The notes under the pieces: generated by a model
Told to the model about the DNA's origin: nothing
The model's input: the letters and a program-made list of their open reading frames with translations, nothing else
Databases searched by the model: none
Translations under genes and position numbers: made by a program
From: a virus
Taxonomy: Duplodnaviria > Heunggongvirae > Uroviricota > Caudoviricetes
Length of the DNA stretch: 64,000 nt
Strand: one strand, 5' to 3'
Virus record (IMG/VR): IMGVR_UViG_3300021166_000052
Coordinates: 197,424 to 261,423 of that record
In this document: in pieces, positions 51,015 through 61,164 of the stretch
How the letters are laid out: each line of letters opens with the position of its first letter
How positions within the stretch are numbered: the stretch's first letter is position 1

Positions 51015-51752
51015 ATGCAAACCATTAAATACCGATAGACCCCCGATACACCCGATTTTAGAGATTATTCATATTCAATTAAATCAGTAACAATTCCCGA
51101 TAGAGTAGATTTACGATCATTATGTTCTCCCATTGAAGATCAATCATCATTGGGTAGTTGTACGGGCCAAGCTATCGTCGGCGCATTAGAAATTTTAGAA
51201 AATAAAAATAAATCTAATTTTGTTGATTTATCAAGATTGTTTGTATATTACAACGAACGAATGTTGGAACGGACCATTTTGATAGACGCTGGTGCAACAC
51301 TTCGAAGTGGTATTAAAACCATGGCAATTTATGGTGTTTGTAATGAAACGCTATAGCCGTATGATATTTTAAAATTTAAGCGCAAACCTACCACCAAATG
51401 TTATAAAGACGCTACACAAAGAAAAATTACATCATATTATCGTTTAAATACTTTAAATGATAAATTAAATTGTTTAGCATCTGGATACCCATTTGTATTT
51501 GGGTTTATGGTGTATGATTCGTTTGAAACTGAAGAAGTTACATCGACCGGTTATATGAGTATGCCTAATATTACCGATAAAGCATTGGGGGGCCATGCGG
51601 TTTGCGCGGTTGGATATGATAAATTAAAAAAATTATTTATTATAAGAAATTCATAGGGTAAAAACTGGGGCGACTGTGGCTATTTCTATATGCCATTTGA
51701 TTATGTCACAAATAATAATTTATCGGATGATTATTAGCAAATTGTAAAATGA
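51015..51752 (+). CDS. papain-family (C1) cysteine peptidase (4 in-frame TAG)
   Basis: Codon-checked frame 0 from ATG 51015 to TGA 51750-51752. VDLRS / IEDQSSLGSCTGQAIVGALE matches VDWR...QGSCGSCWAF, the catalytic Cys region. GGHAVCAVGYD matches the catalytic His. IIRNS(TAG)GKNWGDCGY matches IKNSWGxxWGxxGY. TAG codons at 51036, 51354, 51654 and 51735. Confidence 0.7.
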
Positions 51753-51832
51753 AAAGGTAATAAATTACTTGATATTGAGTTAATTATGGGGTATATATAC
51801 TTATTCAATTAACTCAATATTAAGGATTTTTT

Positions 51833-52918
51833 ATGAAAATAGTTATAACTGGTGGTATTGGATCGGGTAAATCTACAATTGCTAAATTTGTTAGAGATAA
51901 TCTATTACCATCATTTGATTTTATTAGTGTTGATGACATTGTTGCAAATATTTATTCATTGGAAGACATTCGTGATAAATTGATATCAACTTTTAACACA
52001 TGTGATAAAAAAACTATCAGTAAATTGGTATTTAATGATTCTATATTATTAAATAAACTCTATAATATTTTGAATCCTACTATATTTCATCAACTTCAAA
52101 GTTTTATTTCACTATCCAATAACATTATTATTGAATTTCCTTTATATTTTCAATTTGGTGATTCTTTTAAAGATGACATTGATTATGTATTACATGTCAA
52201 ATGTAATAATACTGCTCGTAAACAGAGAGTTATATCACGTGATAATATAACAGAAGATATGTTCAATAAAATTGATGCATGTCAATGGTATAAAACCGAA
52301 ACAACTGATAATATCATACCAATTTATAACGATGATATTAATACCGCTTATAATCATGTAATATTAGCTATCAATGCTATCAAGAAAAAAATAAAATATA
52401 ATAAAAAAGGTATAGTATCAGGATCATTCGATCCTATTACACATGGACATCTTCATATTATTAAAACTGCGATTACTATTGTTGATCAAGTTTATGTAGT
52501 GGTCGGACGAAATTACGAAAAAAAACATTACTTTGATATATGGGAACGGATCAATCTAGTACGACAATCAATTGACGAACACTTTACAGCAATTGAAAAG
52601 GAGAAAATTGTATTTGATATTCTCGAAGAAAATGAATTACTTGTTACATTTGCTAAAACCAATGACATAGGTTTTATTTTTAGAGGACTACGTGATTTTA
52701 TCGATTTGGGTTATGAAACTAAATTAAATTTGGTTCAAAAAAAGATTGCACCGACGATTGAAACGGTTTATCTTTTTACCCCTAGAGATAAAATTGAAAT
52801 CAGTAGTTCTATGATTAAAAGCAATTTAAGTTTACATGAATGGGAACTGGTTGTAAAAGATTATATACCAACTTGTGTTTTCAATGCATTAAAGGATAAA
52901 AGAAATCATGGTAAATAA
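51833..52918 (+). CDS. bifunctional P-loop kinase (dephospho-CoA kinase CoaE-like) / nucleotidyltransferase (PPAT CoaD-like, HxGH family)
   Basis: N-terminal KIVITGGIGSGKSTIA is the CoaE signature. C-terminal GIVSGSFDPITHGHLHIIK is the PPAT/NMNAT (T/H)xGH motif. Confidence 0.55.
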   Translation: MKIVITGGIGSGKSTIAKFVRDNLLPSFDFISVDDIVANIYSLEDIRDKLISTFNTCDKKTISKLVFNDSILLNKLYNILNPTIFHQLQSFISLSNNIIIEFPLYFQFGDSFKDDIDYVLHVKCNNTARKQRVISRDNITEDMFNKIDACQWYKTETTDNIIPIYNDDINTAYNHVILAINAIKKKIKYNKKGIVSGSFDPITHGHLHIIKTAITIVDQVYVVVGRNYEKKHYFDIWERINLVRQSIDEHFTAIEKEKIVFDILEENELLVTFAKTNDIGFIFRGLRDFIDLGYETKLNLVQKKIAPTIETVYLFTPRDKIEISSSMIKSNLSLHEWELVVKDYIPTCVFNALKDKRNHGK

Positions 52919-53108
52919 ATATTGTCATATATGTGGAACGTTAGTGGCTAAAGTGGTTGCTGGGAGTACAATGAAGAAAAATACAATTATGATATGTTCC
53001 GATTGTAATCATTTGAAATATAATAAATCATATGATAAAGATGATTTGGAAGGCCCTAAAAGTGATAAAATTTTTAGTGATCTCTTCGATAACTTATTTA
53101 AACGATAA
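52908..53108 (+). CDS. small zinc-ribbon protein
   Basis: CHICG...CSDCNH. Confidence 0.4.
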   Translation: MVNKYCHICGTLVAKVVAGSTMKKNTIMICSDCNHLKYNKSYDKDDLEGPKSDKIFSDLFDNLFKR

Positions 53109-53116
53109 CATTATAT

Positions 53117-53596
53117 ATGATATTATCTGATATTGTAGATATAATTCATATTCATTGTGATGGTGGATGTAGTGTTCATACAACCAAAATTGGTGGATAT
53201 GGTATTGTATTAAGATGCGGTGCTAGGGAAAAGCATATATGGGGGTTTGCTGAAAATACAACCAATAATCAAATGGAATTAATGGGTGCAATAACCGGAC
53301 TACAGGCTGTTATTAAAAAAGATATTGAAACACTTGTAACAACCGATTCAAAATATGTAGTTGAAGGTATTAACTCATGGGTTGATAAGTGGTATCTCAA
53401 TGATTGGAGAACCGCGAAAAAAAAACCTGTAAAAAATTGCGAGCTATGGCAAATATTATACAATGAAAAGGAAAAATTTCAAAATATAACATTTGAGCAT
53501 TGTTATGGTCATAAAGATAATAAATATAATAATATAGCAGATTCATTAGCAACTAAAGCAATATCAACCAAAACAAATGGTTCCATATTATGTTAA
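53117..53596 (+). CDS. rnhA: ribonuclease HI
   Basis: HCDGGC, TNNQMELMGAI, TDSKYV and HKDNKYNNIADSLA match the RNase H catalytic D-E-D-D/H motifs. Confidence 0.7.
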   Translation: MILSDIVDIIHIHCDGGCSVHTTKIGGYGIVLRCGAREKHIWGFAENTTNNQMELMGAITGLQAVIKKDIETLVTTDSKYVVEGINSWVDKWYLNDWRTAKKKPVKNCELWQILYNEKEKFQNITFEHCYGHKDNKYNNIADSLATKAISTKTNGSILC

Positions 53597-53958
53597 TTTC
53601 CGTTAAAAAATTACTTACTCAAATTGTAAGCCCAGTTGAATGCCCACCGTGGGAATATAGTGATTTTACGAAGGAAGATGTAATACTTGCTTATAAAAAT
53701 AAAGAATTTGCTGATAGTTATTTAGGTGTACAGTTACGTGATACACAATTTAATATCAAACGAATTGCATATTTTATTAAACGGATGCCAATAGATCCTA
53801 TTCAAATTGATGTGGGAGTTCCATGTGTAGGATACTATCCAGATAATATCATAATGGATGGGTGGCATCGAATATATGCGGCTATTATACGAAAAGATAA
53901 GTTTATACATGCTGAAATATCAGGTCAAGTTGACTATATACAACATTTATTTAAATAA
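53590..53958 (+). CDS. ParB/sulfiredoxin-like nuclease domain protein
   Basis: IIMDGWHRIYAA resembles the ParB N-terminal domain DGxHR motif. Confidence 0.35.
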   Translation: MLISVKKLLTQIVSPVECPPWEYSDFTKEDVILAYKNKEFADSYLGVQLRDTQFNIKRIAYFIKRMPIDPIQIDVGVPCVGYYPDNIIMDGWHRIYAAIIRKDKFIHAEISGQVDYIQHLFK

Positions 53959-53967
53959 TGAGATACT

Positions 53968-54474
53968 ATGAATAATACAATTGGTTTGTTTGGAACATGT
54001 GGAAAATCTATTTGGCGTGATGAATTTATTAAATATTATAATAACCTCAATATACCATTTTTCAATCCCCAAGTACCTGATGGTATGTGGTATCCAAGTA
54101 TGGTTGAGGATGAAAATAAACATCTGGTAAATGATGCTATTATATTATTTCCAGTAACAAATGAAACGACAGGAATAGGAAGTTTGGCCGAAATTGGGTT
54201 TTCTATTTTAGCCTCAATCAAACGTAATCCAGATAGATATTTTATTATTTTAATTGATGATAATTGTATTGATTCATCAGCCACTGAAAATCAAATAAAA
54301 GAATCTATACGAACACGGGCATTAGTAAAATCAAAAGTTAAACAATTTCAACTAGATAACAGTGGTGTATATTTAGTTGACACCATTGATGATATGCTGG
54401 CGTTGAGTTTAAGTCTTTACGATATTGTTAAAACTTTTAATCATTTACATAATAGATTTCATAAAGTTAACTAA
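53968..54474 (+). CDS. possible nucleoside 2-deoxyribosyltransferase-like (Rcl/DNPH1 fold) protein
   Basis: AIILFPVTNETTGIGSLAEIGFSIL resembles the NDT catalytic-Glu region. Weak. Confidence 0.3.
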   Translation: MNNTIGLFGTCGKSIWRDEFIKYYNNLNIPFFNPQVPDGMWYPSMVEDENKHLVNDAIILFPVTNETTGIGSLAEIGFSILASIKRNPDRYFIILIDDNCIDSSATENQIKESIRTRALVKSKVKQFQLDNSGVYLVDTIDDMLALSLSLYDIVKTFNHLHNRFHKVN

Positions 54475-54752
54475 TGGATAATTTACTATATAATAAATCA
54501 AAATTAAAAGAATATATTATATATTCATGGGAAGATGTTAGTTTAGCGGCCAATCGCTTATATCAATTGATAGGTCATAGTAATATGAGCAATGCAATTG
54601 ATGATATTTATGATGGTAATTTACCGCGTTTAATTGAATACATCTTCATTAAATGTTTTTTATATAATATAAATCGAGAGGATAACGATATTCAAATTTT
54701 AATAAATGCATATAAACAATTGCATCACATGGGATATATCGGGAAAAAATAA
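54474..54752 (+). CDS. hypothetical protein
   Basis: 92-aa ORF with ATGA overlap. Confidence 0.4.
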   Translation: MDNLLYNKSKLKEYIIYSWEDVSLAANRLYQLIGHSNMSNAIDDIYDGNLPRLIEYIFIKCFLYNINREDNDIQILINAYKQLHHMGYIGKK

Positions 54753-54826
54753 ATATATCAAGTTTTATCATTGACAGGCCCCTATAATTTGTGTATAGTA
54801 AACGAAATACTTAACAGGAGCTATTC

Positions 54827-55306
54827 ATGATCCAACAAATTATTGATTATATAGATAGTGGTAAATCAATTGTTATTGAGTGTACTAAAAGAATTAGCAA
54901 TTGTGAAAGTTTTCTGGAAGTTAATATGAGGGGCCGCATCGTTTCATATCAGCTTCAACATGATGATATCTATAAATTAACAATTGACGTAAGTGAATTT
55001 GAAGATTACAATATTCCTTTAATGTCTAATGATTATTTTGATAAAGAAGGAAATCCAATACTTAATGCAATTGAAGCCGGTTATTATCCAGTTAATAAAA
55101 AAGAAATTATTTATATTGATAAAGTTGATGCATCAGACGGTGGTGGTTATTTTAATGTAATAACAGACTGTACTTTATTTAATAAATGGAAAAATAGTAA
55201 ATCTGATTTATCATATGTATGCTGGTTAGAAGAATTGGCAGCGTTATCGATACAATATGAAACTAAAATACAATTTCTTGTTGACAAGTTACAAATGATG
55301 TTGTAA
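54827..55306 (+). CDS. hypothetical protein
   Basis: 159-aa ORF. Confidence 0.4.
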   Translation: MIQQIIDYIDSGKSIVIECTKRISNCESFLEVNMRGRIVSYQLQHDDIYKLTIDVSEFEDYNIPLMSNDYFDKEGNPILNAIEAGYYPVNKKEIIYIDKVDASDGGGYFNVITDCTLFNKWKNSKSDLSYVCWLEELAALSIQYETKIQFLVDKLQMML

Positions 55307-55403
55307 CATAACAACTAGCAGTAATTGATTACATACGAGTTTTCCAATCAAAGGAAAAAGGTTAATACCCTTTTATAAAAAACATCAATTACGATTTTTT
55401 ATT

Positions 55404-55850
55404 ATGAAAATATCACAAGTTTATAATTACATTAATAAATATGGCCAGCTTGATGTTGAGGGCTACCATTGGTTGTCAATAGCACGTATTATTTGTGAAA
55501 AGAAAGAGTATGTTGGTATTTGGTGTGATGATTATAAACAGAAATATTATCCCCCACCTGATATCCAAACAGAAACAACGTTCGATAGATGTGTCAGGGC
55601 AACTTTTGTTATTAATAATAATGATGTTATTATGAAAATTATTATTTATAATGGTGATTCATATAATGGAAGAAGGACAGATAAGCGTTGTATATTTGAA
55701 GTCCCAATTAAATCAGTCTTTACTAATTTAAAATTATTAATTGTTGATTATATAAAAGTTATCGCAACCGATGTGTGCGTGGAAGAAGATCAACGGGCAT
55801 TCAATATACGTGTCAACGCTCACATGGAAAAAATTTTAAATGAGTTATAA
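55404..55850 (+). CDS. hypothetical protein
   Basis: 148-aa ORF. Confidence 0.4.
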   Translation: MKISQVYNYINKYGQLDVEGYHWLSIARIICEKKEYVGIWCDDYKQKYYPPPDIQTETTFDRCVRATFVINNNDVIMKIIIYNGDSYNGRRTDKRCIFEVPIKSVFTNLKLLIVDYIKVIATDVCVEEDQRAFNIRVNAHMEKILNEL

Positions 55851-56128
55851 GGGGTCAGTATTCGCTTACATCTAGGGATGGAGGTAGTAACTGAATAAAC
55901 AGTATCAACAATAACGCAATTGATCGTTGAAGAGTTGTTGTATGTTTTTGTAAATCGTTTAAGCAAAATTTGATTTCGAGAAAATGATGTATAAAACGAT
56001 TTATAGATAATGTGTAGGATATCGAGGCCCATGATCGATCTCGAAATAAGTTATGGGATAGAGAAAGTATAACATTATAAATACATGATGCTGATTCCTT
56101 TTTTATTTTTTTCAATGGATGACTATTA

Positions 56129-56395
56129 ATGAAATCATCAACTAAACAATACGCTTTATTTAAACGGGATAATGATGGTAAACTTTGGGCAATGTATGAT
56201 CAAAGTACATGTTCAATGGGCTGGTCAAGTAACATGGCAAATTTATGGGACAGTCCGCCCCTTCACTATTTCGATCCGGCTGAAGGTCATTTTATCATAA
56301 AAGTAACTCGAAAATATCCTGATATTGAGTTTACTGGTAAAGTTATGAGAGGTCGTGAACGTAATAAACATTGGATAAGGAAAACTAATGATTGA
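56129..56395 (+). CDS. hypothetical protein
   Basis: 88-aa ORF. Confidence 0.4.
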   Translation: MKSSTKQYALFKRDNDGKLWAMYDQSTCSMGWSSNMANLWDSPPLHYFDPAEGHFIIKVTRKYPDIEFTGKVMRGRERNKHWIRKTND

Positions 56396-56954
56396 TGAAA
56401 CTAATATAACAAATTATCATTTAACATATGATGAATTACAAGAATATATTATATTTTGGATATTAGCGGCGGGAAAACGAGGTGATAGAGCCGCAAAAAT
56501 TGTCAATGATTGGATTTTAAATATTAAAAAAACTGAACATATATTTGATACATTTAAAAAATATACATTAACGGAGTTGATTGAATTGTGTAGACAATCC
56601 GGCACTGGTTGCCAATCAATTAAAGGTAGATCAATTCATTCAATTATCCATTCTAATTTAGATTTAACAACATGTACACCTGATGATTTAGAAAAAATTT
56701 ATGGAATAGGTATGAAAACATCTAGGTGTTTTATTATTCATTCACGTGAAAATGCGGCATACGCAGGGTTGGATGTTCATATATTAAAATTTTTGTCTCG
56801 ATTAGATTTGAATATCCCTATTCCAAAATCAACGCCGCCCAGAAAAATATATTTACAATTGGAGCAAATTGTATTACGGTTAGCAAATGAATTCAATATG
56901 ACACCTGCTGCATTCGATTTGATGATATGGAACACTTATAAATCGGAGACATAA
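56388..56954 (+). CDS. helix-hairpin-helix (HhH-GPD-like) DNA glycosylase-family protein
   Basis: LEKIYGIGMKTSRCFIIHS resembles the HhH motif LxxLPGVGxKTA. Confidence 0.4.
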   Translation: MIDETNITNYHLTYDELQEYIIFWILAAGKRGDRAAKIVNDWILNIKKTEHIFDTFKKYTLTELIELCRQSGTGCQSIKGRSIHSIIHSNLDLTTCTPDDLEKIYGIGMKTSRCFIIHSRENAAYAGLDVHILKFLSRLDLNIPIPKSTPPRKIYLQLEQIVLRLANEFNMTPAAFDLMIWNTYKSET

Positions 56955-56955
56955 T

Positions 56956-57150
56956 ATGACAATAATTTTATGGATATTTGCAACAGTTGGATTTATTATT
57001 GTAACTGCTATAATTGGTTGTTATTTCATAAATAAAATAAATCCACCCGCTCATTATAGCTGCGGTGCTGATGGTGATTGGGAACGTTATTGTGATAAAT
57101 GTAAAGGAATTTATGATCCTAAAACAGATCGGCCCATTAAAAAAATATGA
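56956..57150 (+). CDS. small membrane protein
   Basis: N-terminal TM helix. Confidence 0.35.
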   Translation: MTIILWIFATVGFIIVTAIIGCYFINKINPPAHYSCGADGDWERYCDKCKGIYDPKTDRPIKKI

Positions 57151-57301
57151 ATAAAAAACCCACCTTAGAGGATGTAATTAGATGTTATATAATTGGGTTG
57201 TATGATATATTAGTGGCGGCGGATGCCCTCGTACATTGGCACTATTTTAAAGATATTGAATCTGCTAAAGTTTTTTTAGAACAGATGCATGTAATTAAAA
57301 A

Positions 57302-57532
57302 ATGAATAAATATATTCAAAAATTTGTGAGAGATACGCTTAAACGTGATCTATTTTGGTGTACTCCTGAACAACAAATGATTTTTAAACGGATGTATGCA
57401 TTTAAAAATATTGAATGGTGTATACATAAAGTAGTTGACAACATGCCTAGTGATAAGTTAGATTGGGCAATGCAACAAGTTAAACAAACACTTATAAAAA
57501 ACGAAAAAGTGAGACAAAACACCTGTTTATAA
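57302..57532 (+). CDS. hypothetical protein
   Basis: 76-aa ORF. Confidence 0.35.
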   Translation: MNKYIQKFVRDTLKRDLFWCTPEQQMIFKRMYAFKNIEWCIHKVVDNMPSDKLDWAMQQVKQTLIKNEKVRQNTCL

Positions 57533-57534
57533 TG

Positions 57535-57674
57535 GGGGCGCTTGCGCTAGGAAGGCACTGATTGTGGATAACTGAAACGAAAAGCAATCATAGTAAAGGT
57601 AACTCTGTACGTTCAGACGGATGACCCAATGGGTGAAAATCCCACACCCCCATACCAATTTATAGGATTATATT
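57535..57674 (+). ncRNA. GC-enriched structured intergenic element (candidate cis-regulatory RNA / small RNA)
   Basis: 140-nt non-coding gap much more GC-rich than its surroundings. Long-range GGGGG...CCCCC pairing encloses local hairpins (gcgcttgcgc, acccaatgggt, gggtgaaaatccc). Confidence 0.3.
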
Positions 57675-58448
57675 ATGAGAATTTTTAGTGAATTTAATGA
57701 TTATTACGATCATATTGGGTTTTACGCAAAAGAAGACCGGGTATGGGAACGTCATACAAAAACGTTCGATTTAAATACTGAATTATATAAAGATAGAATT
57801 CATACTGGTCTAACAATTGATACTGAAGAAACGCTTGTTAAATTATTAAAAACGCTTCCAACAATTTCAACTGCTCATAAAGTTTATAAATATAGTAATA
57901 GACATTCTGATTTTGTGACATTTTTTGGATTTTGTGGAACCTTACAAATATTTATTATTCATGATTCTGGCCCTGCTTTTATAGCATTCACTGATTTTAA
58001 TGAATATGTTGAATATTTTACAACTAAAAGACCTAATGAAAAATTGATTATTGACAAAGATAATTATTTTTGGGGTAAACCTTTTAATAAAAAATACCTA
58101 AATGATTTAAGAAATCAATTTTGTAATAAAGGTCAATTTGAACAGGTTTTTGTTGAATTAAATACTCCTATATTTTTATTACGCGATAAACGATTAGGAT
58201 ATTATACTTCTAAAGGATATGATAATCATTTGATTGTCAATCCTAATTTACAAGAATACAAAATACAATCAATTATTCATCCCTATCAAGCCCATCAAGA
58301 AATTGATATGTATTTAAATAATGTGTTGACAGTTCGAGAAAATCCTGATATAAAGAGATCAGATGAACTGATACGAGATTCTAAGGGGATGGACAAATTC
58401 AGCTTTAGACAAACATGTGCGAAGCCAAGAAAATTAAAGAAAAAATAA
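57675..58448 (+). CDS. hypothetical protein
   Basis: 257-aa ORF. Confidence 0.45.
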   Translation: MRIFSEFNDYYDHIGFYAKEDRVWERHTKTFDLNTELYKDRIHTGLTIDTEETLVKLLKTLPTISTAHKVYKYSNRHSDFVTFFGFCGTLQIFIIHDSGPAFIAFTDFNEYVEYFTTKRPNEKLIIDKDNYFWGKPFNKKYLNDLRNQFCNKGQFEQVFVELNTPIFLLRDKRLGYYTSKGYDNHLIVNPNLQEYKIQSIIHPYQAHQEIDMYLNNVLTVRENPDIKRSDELIRDSKGMDKFSFRQTCAKPRKLKKK

Positions 58449-58720
58449 ATTTACAATTTTAAAAGGCAACCATACGGTGAGCCTTTGGAGAAGATGAATA
58501 GAAAAATACCATTGATATAAATTTCCCTCTAAAGGAAAATTATACTGGAAACTAACTTAGGTGCTATCAGTAAAACTTATGAAAAATTGTTCACTTGTTA
58601 CTGATAATAAATAGGGCGCTTGTTTATTGTTTATTGTATATTGACTTTTGAGTTTTGTTTTTTATCTTTGGGTGATTTATTCATCTTCTTTTTTATCATT
58701 TACTATATGGAGTTTTTATT

Positions 58721-59293
58721 ATGTCAGATTTTAAAATTACACTTAAAAAGGCACATGCATTACAATTGGAATTGGATACAATCGCAGCCTCAATCAATGT
58801 CCCTGTTAATGTTGAGATTGCGCCATTTCAAATTGATGATGTTGAAAATCTTTTAACAACGTCGTTTGAATCGCTATTTAATAAAATTGAACATCGGAAT
58901 TTACTTATTACAACCAGATTTAAATTACGTGATTTGATTGATATTGCTAATCACAAATGTGGAATTTCTAGTAAATTAACAATATTATCATCTTTACAGA
59001 AACGTATTAGCGTATATGAAGATATTATTAAAAATTCATTACGTGATATAACCGATGTCAATGCACTTAGAAATAAACTAAGTGGTATGTCTAAATCAGA
59101 ACATTATGCATTCGATTCATTTCGTGTACATATTGTTGATGAATTGAACGTTGGTCGTTTTAAAGATTTGTTAATTAAATTGAAACGTGAAAAATCCATC
59201 ATCAAAGATGAAGTTGATGGTGCAAATTTAACTACATTTATTACCATACCAGTTGATATTGAACAGGTACTGGTGAATGAAAACCTAATTTAA
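58721..59293 (+). CDS. hypothetical protein
   Basis: 190-aa ORF. Confidence 0.45.
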   Translation: MSDFKITLKKAHALQLELDTIAASINVPVNVEIAPFQIDDVENLLTTSFESLFNKIEHRNLLITTRFKLRDLIDIANHKCGISSKLTILSSLQKRISVYEDIIKNSLRDITDVNALRNKLSGMSKSEHYAFDSFRVHIVDELNVGRFKDLLIKLKREKSIIKDEVDGANLTTFITIPVDIEQVLVNENLI

Positions 59294-59294
59294 A

Positions 59295-59927
59295 ATGAAG
59301 TACTTTAAATATCCAAGAACGCCACATCTACCGTTTTCATTAGGAGCAACTGATGATGATAAAATGTTGTCATCAGTTGCTCATTTTGAGGGGAAAACAG
59401 TTGTAATTACTGAAAAACTAGATGGTGAAAATACAACAATAGCGTATAATAAAATACACGCTAGGTCACTGGATTCAAGTGATCATGTATCTCGTCATTG
59501 GGTAAAAGCGGCATTTGGTTGGGTATCTAAATGTATCCCATCTGATTATAAAATTTGTGGCGAAAATGTATTTGCAGAACATTCCATTCCATATGTTAAT
59601 TTAGAAAGTTATTTTTATGGATTTTCGGTATGGAATAAATTTAAATGTTTATCATGGGATGATACATTAGCATTTTTTAATCAATATAATATTATTTCTG
59701 TTCCTATTCTTTATGTGGGTATATGGGATGAATCTATATGTAAAAATTTAATTAAGAAAAACACAGAAAAGGGTTTAATGGAAGGTTTGGTAGTTAGAAC
59801 AATTGATGAAATTCATTTAAATGAATTTTCTATGAACTTCGCCAAATGGGTTCGAAAGGACCATGTTACAACTGATGAACATTGGATGAATCGTCCAGTT
59901 ATTAAAAATAAACTCAAGGAATGTTAA
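59295..59927 (+). CDS. third RNA ligase-family nucleotidyltransferase
   Basis: Motif I TEKLDGEN (KxDG), motif III GENVFAEH, motif IV EGLVVRT and motif V K.VRK. N-terminal KYPRTPHLP. Confidence 0.55.
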   Translation: MKYFKYPRTPHLPFSLGATDDDKMLSSVAHFEGKTVVITEKLDGENTTIAYNKIHARSLDSSDHVSRHWVKAAFGWVSKCIPSDYKICGENVFAEHSIPYVNLESYFYGFSVWNKFKCLSWDDTLAFFNQYNIISVPILYVGIWDESICKNLIKKNTEKGLMEGLVVRTIDEIHLNEFSMNFAKWVRKDHVTTDEHWMNRPVIKNKLKEC

Positions 59928-59930
59928 CTA

Positions 59931-60095
59931 ATGAAAGAATCAATTAATTTAACTATAGAAGAGAAACATTTAGTTGTTGATTTGGTTTATAAGTTAACAA
60001 CAGTAGATGTTACTAAAGTTATAATTGATGAAAATGATAAACATATGTTGAGAAACGTTCTACTGAAGGTTGTTAATACAATCCATGAAAACTAA
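59931..60095 (+). CDS. 54-aa hypothetical protein
   Basis: Short ORF not in the track. Overlaps the start of the next gene. Confidence 0.25.
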   Translation: MKESINLTIEEKHLVVDLVYKLTTVDVTKVIIDENDKHMLRNVLLKVVNTIHEN

Positions 60096-60822
60096 TAACG
60101 AAGCGACTGACAAAGATGTACTTGATCCAAGCTATCCTCTTATGATTAAATTAAAAGAGCGGTGTCCGGGTACATATTCACATTCTAAAAATGTGGCAGA
60201 TATACTAGAAGCTCTATCAATGGAACTTCAACTGGATAGTAAAAATTTAAAAATTGCTGGATTTTATCATGATATCGGGAAAACTCGTTGTCCAGAAATG
60301 TTTTCAGAAAACCAACCAGAAACAGAAAATATTCATGATAATCTTGATCCTCATATATCATATTTATTAATTACAGGACATGTTGCAAATACGACGCAGA
60401 TGTTGTATGATGATCCTAATATTGATGATAAAGTAGTACAGTGGTGTTCACAGCATCATGGTAGTTCATTGGCCGGTTATTTCTTTCAAAAAAGTGGAAG
60501 TGATAATGAAGATGAATACCGTTATAAAACACGTACACCACAGTCACTAGAAGCCGCCCTGTTAATGATTTGTGATCACCTTGAAGCTAGGTTGCGGTCA
60601 GAACGAAAGAGCCGTAAAATCACAACTAAGGATCAAGTTGAACAACTAGTTGAAACCGTACTTGATAGTTTAATGAATGATGATCAATTGGATGAAGTAT
60701 CATTACCCCGGTTGAAAATTCTTCGGCAAATTAAAAGAATACTAAAAAATGAATTGTATAGTAAATTTGAAGACCATAAACGTATAGATTATGGTGAAGT
60801 TGCTGCTAATGACAAATCGTGA
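60085..60822 (+). CDS. HD-domain phosphohydrolase
   Basis: HS...VA and HDIGK motifs. Probable start at ATG 60085 (MKTNNEATDKD). Confidence 0.6.
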   Translation: MKTNNEATDKDVLDPSYPLMIKLKERCPGTYSHSKNVADILEALSMELQLDSKNLKIAGFYHDIGKTRCPEMFSENQPETENIHDNLDPHISYLLITGHVANTTQMLYDDPNIDDKVVQWCSQHHGSSLAGYFFQKSGSDNEDEYRYKTRTPQSLEAALLMICDHLEARLRSERKSRKITTKDQVEQLVETVLDSLMNDDQLDEVSLPRLKILRQIKRILKNELYSKFEDHKRIDYGEVAANDKS

Positions 60823-60973
60823 AGCATATGAACAGATGATAGGAGAGTTGTTAAGTAAAGATTTTTTTAAACTTCTTAACATTAAACCAGATGATGAATA
60901 TGATTCGCGTATAAAATATAATAAAAAAATTTTTAATGTGGATACAATGTCTATCCCGTTTAAAAAAGATTAA
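60791..60973 (+). CDS. hypothetical small protein
   Basis: 60-aa ORF. Confidence 0.3.
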   Translation: MVKLLLMTNREAYEQMIGELLSKDFFKLLNIKPDDEYDSRIKYNKKIFNVDTMSIPFKKD

Positions 60974-61164
60974 CCATTAAATACCCCCAACAAATCAATC
61001 ATGGGCACATGATTAGAAAAGTGACGTTTCGAGTACGTAAAATGGCAACCACTAAGTAATGGAAATGGGTATATACGACTACCGCACGGGCCTTAGTAAA
61101 TAGTGCAAAACGACTTGGATATGTAGTTCTTTCAAGTAATGGTTATTTTCATGGAGTTAATATA

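Noticed and set aside
54776-54800. TTGACA followed 6 nt later by TATAAT
   Set aside because: The spacer is far too short for a sigma70 promoter. Not called.
58520-58538. Hairpin atttcc-ctctaaa-ggaaat, whose loop mimics a CUA suppressor anticodon loop
   Set aside because: Flanking sequence cannot form acceptor, D or T arms. It is probably a coincidental stem-loop in an intergenic region.
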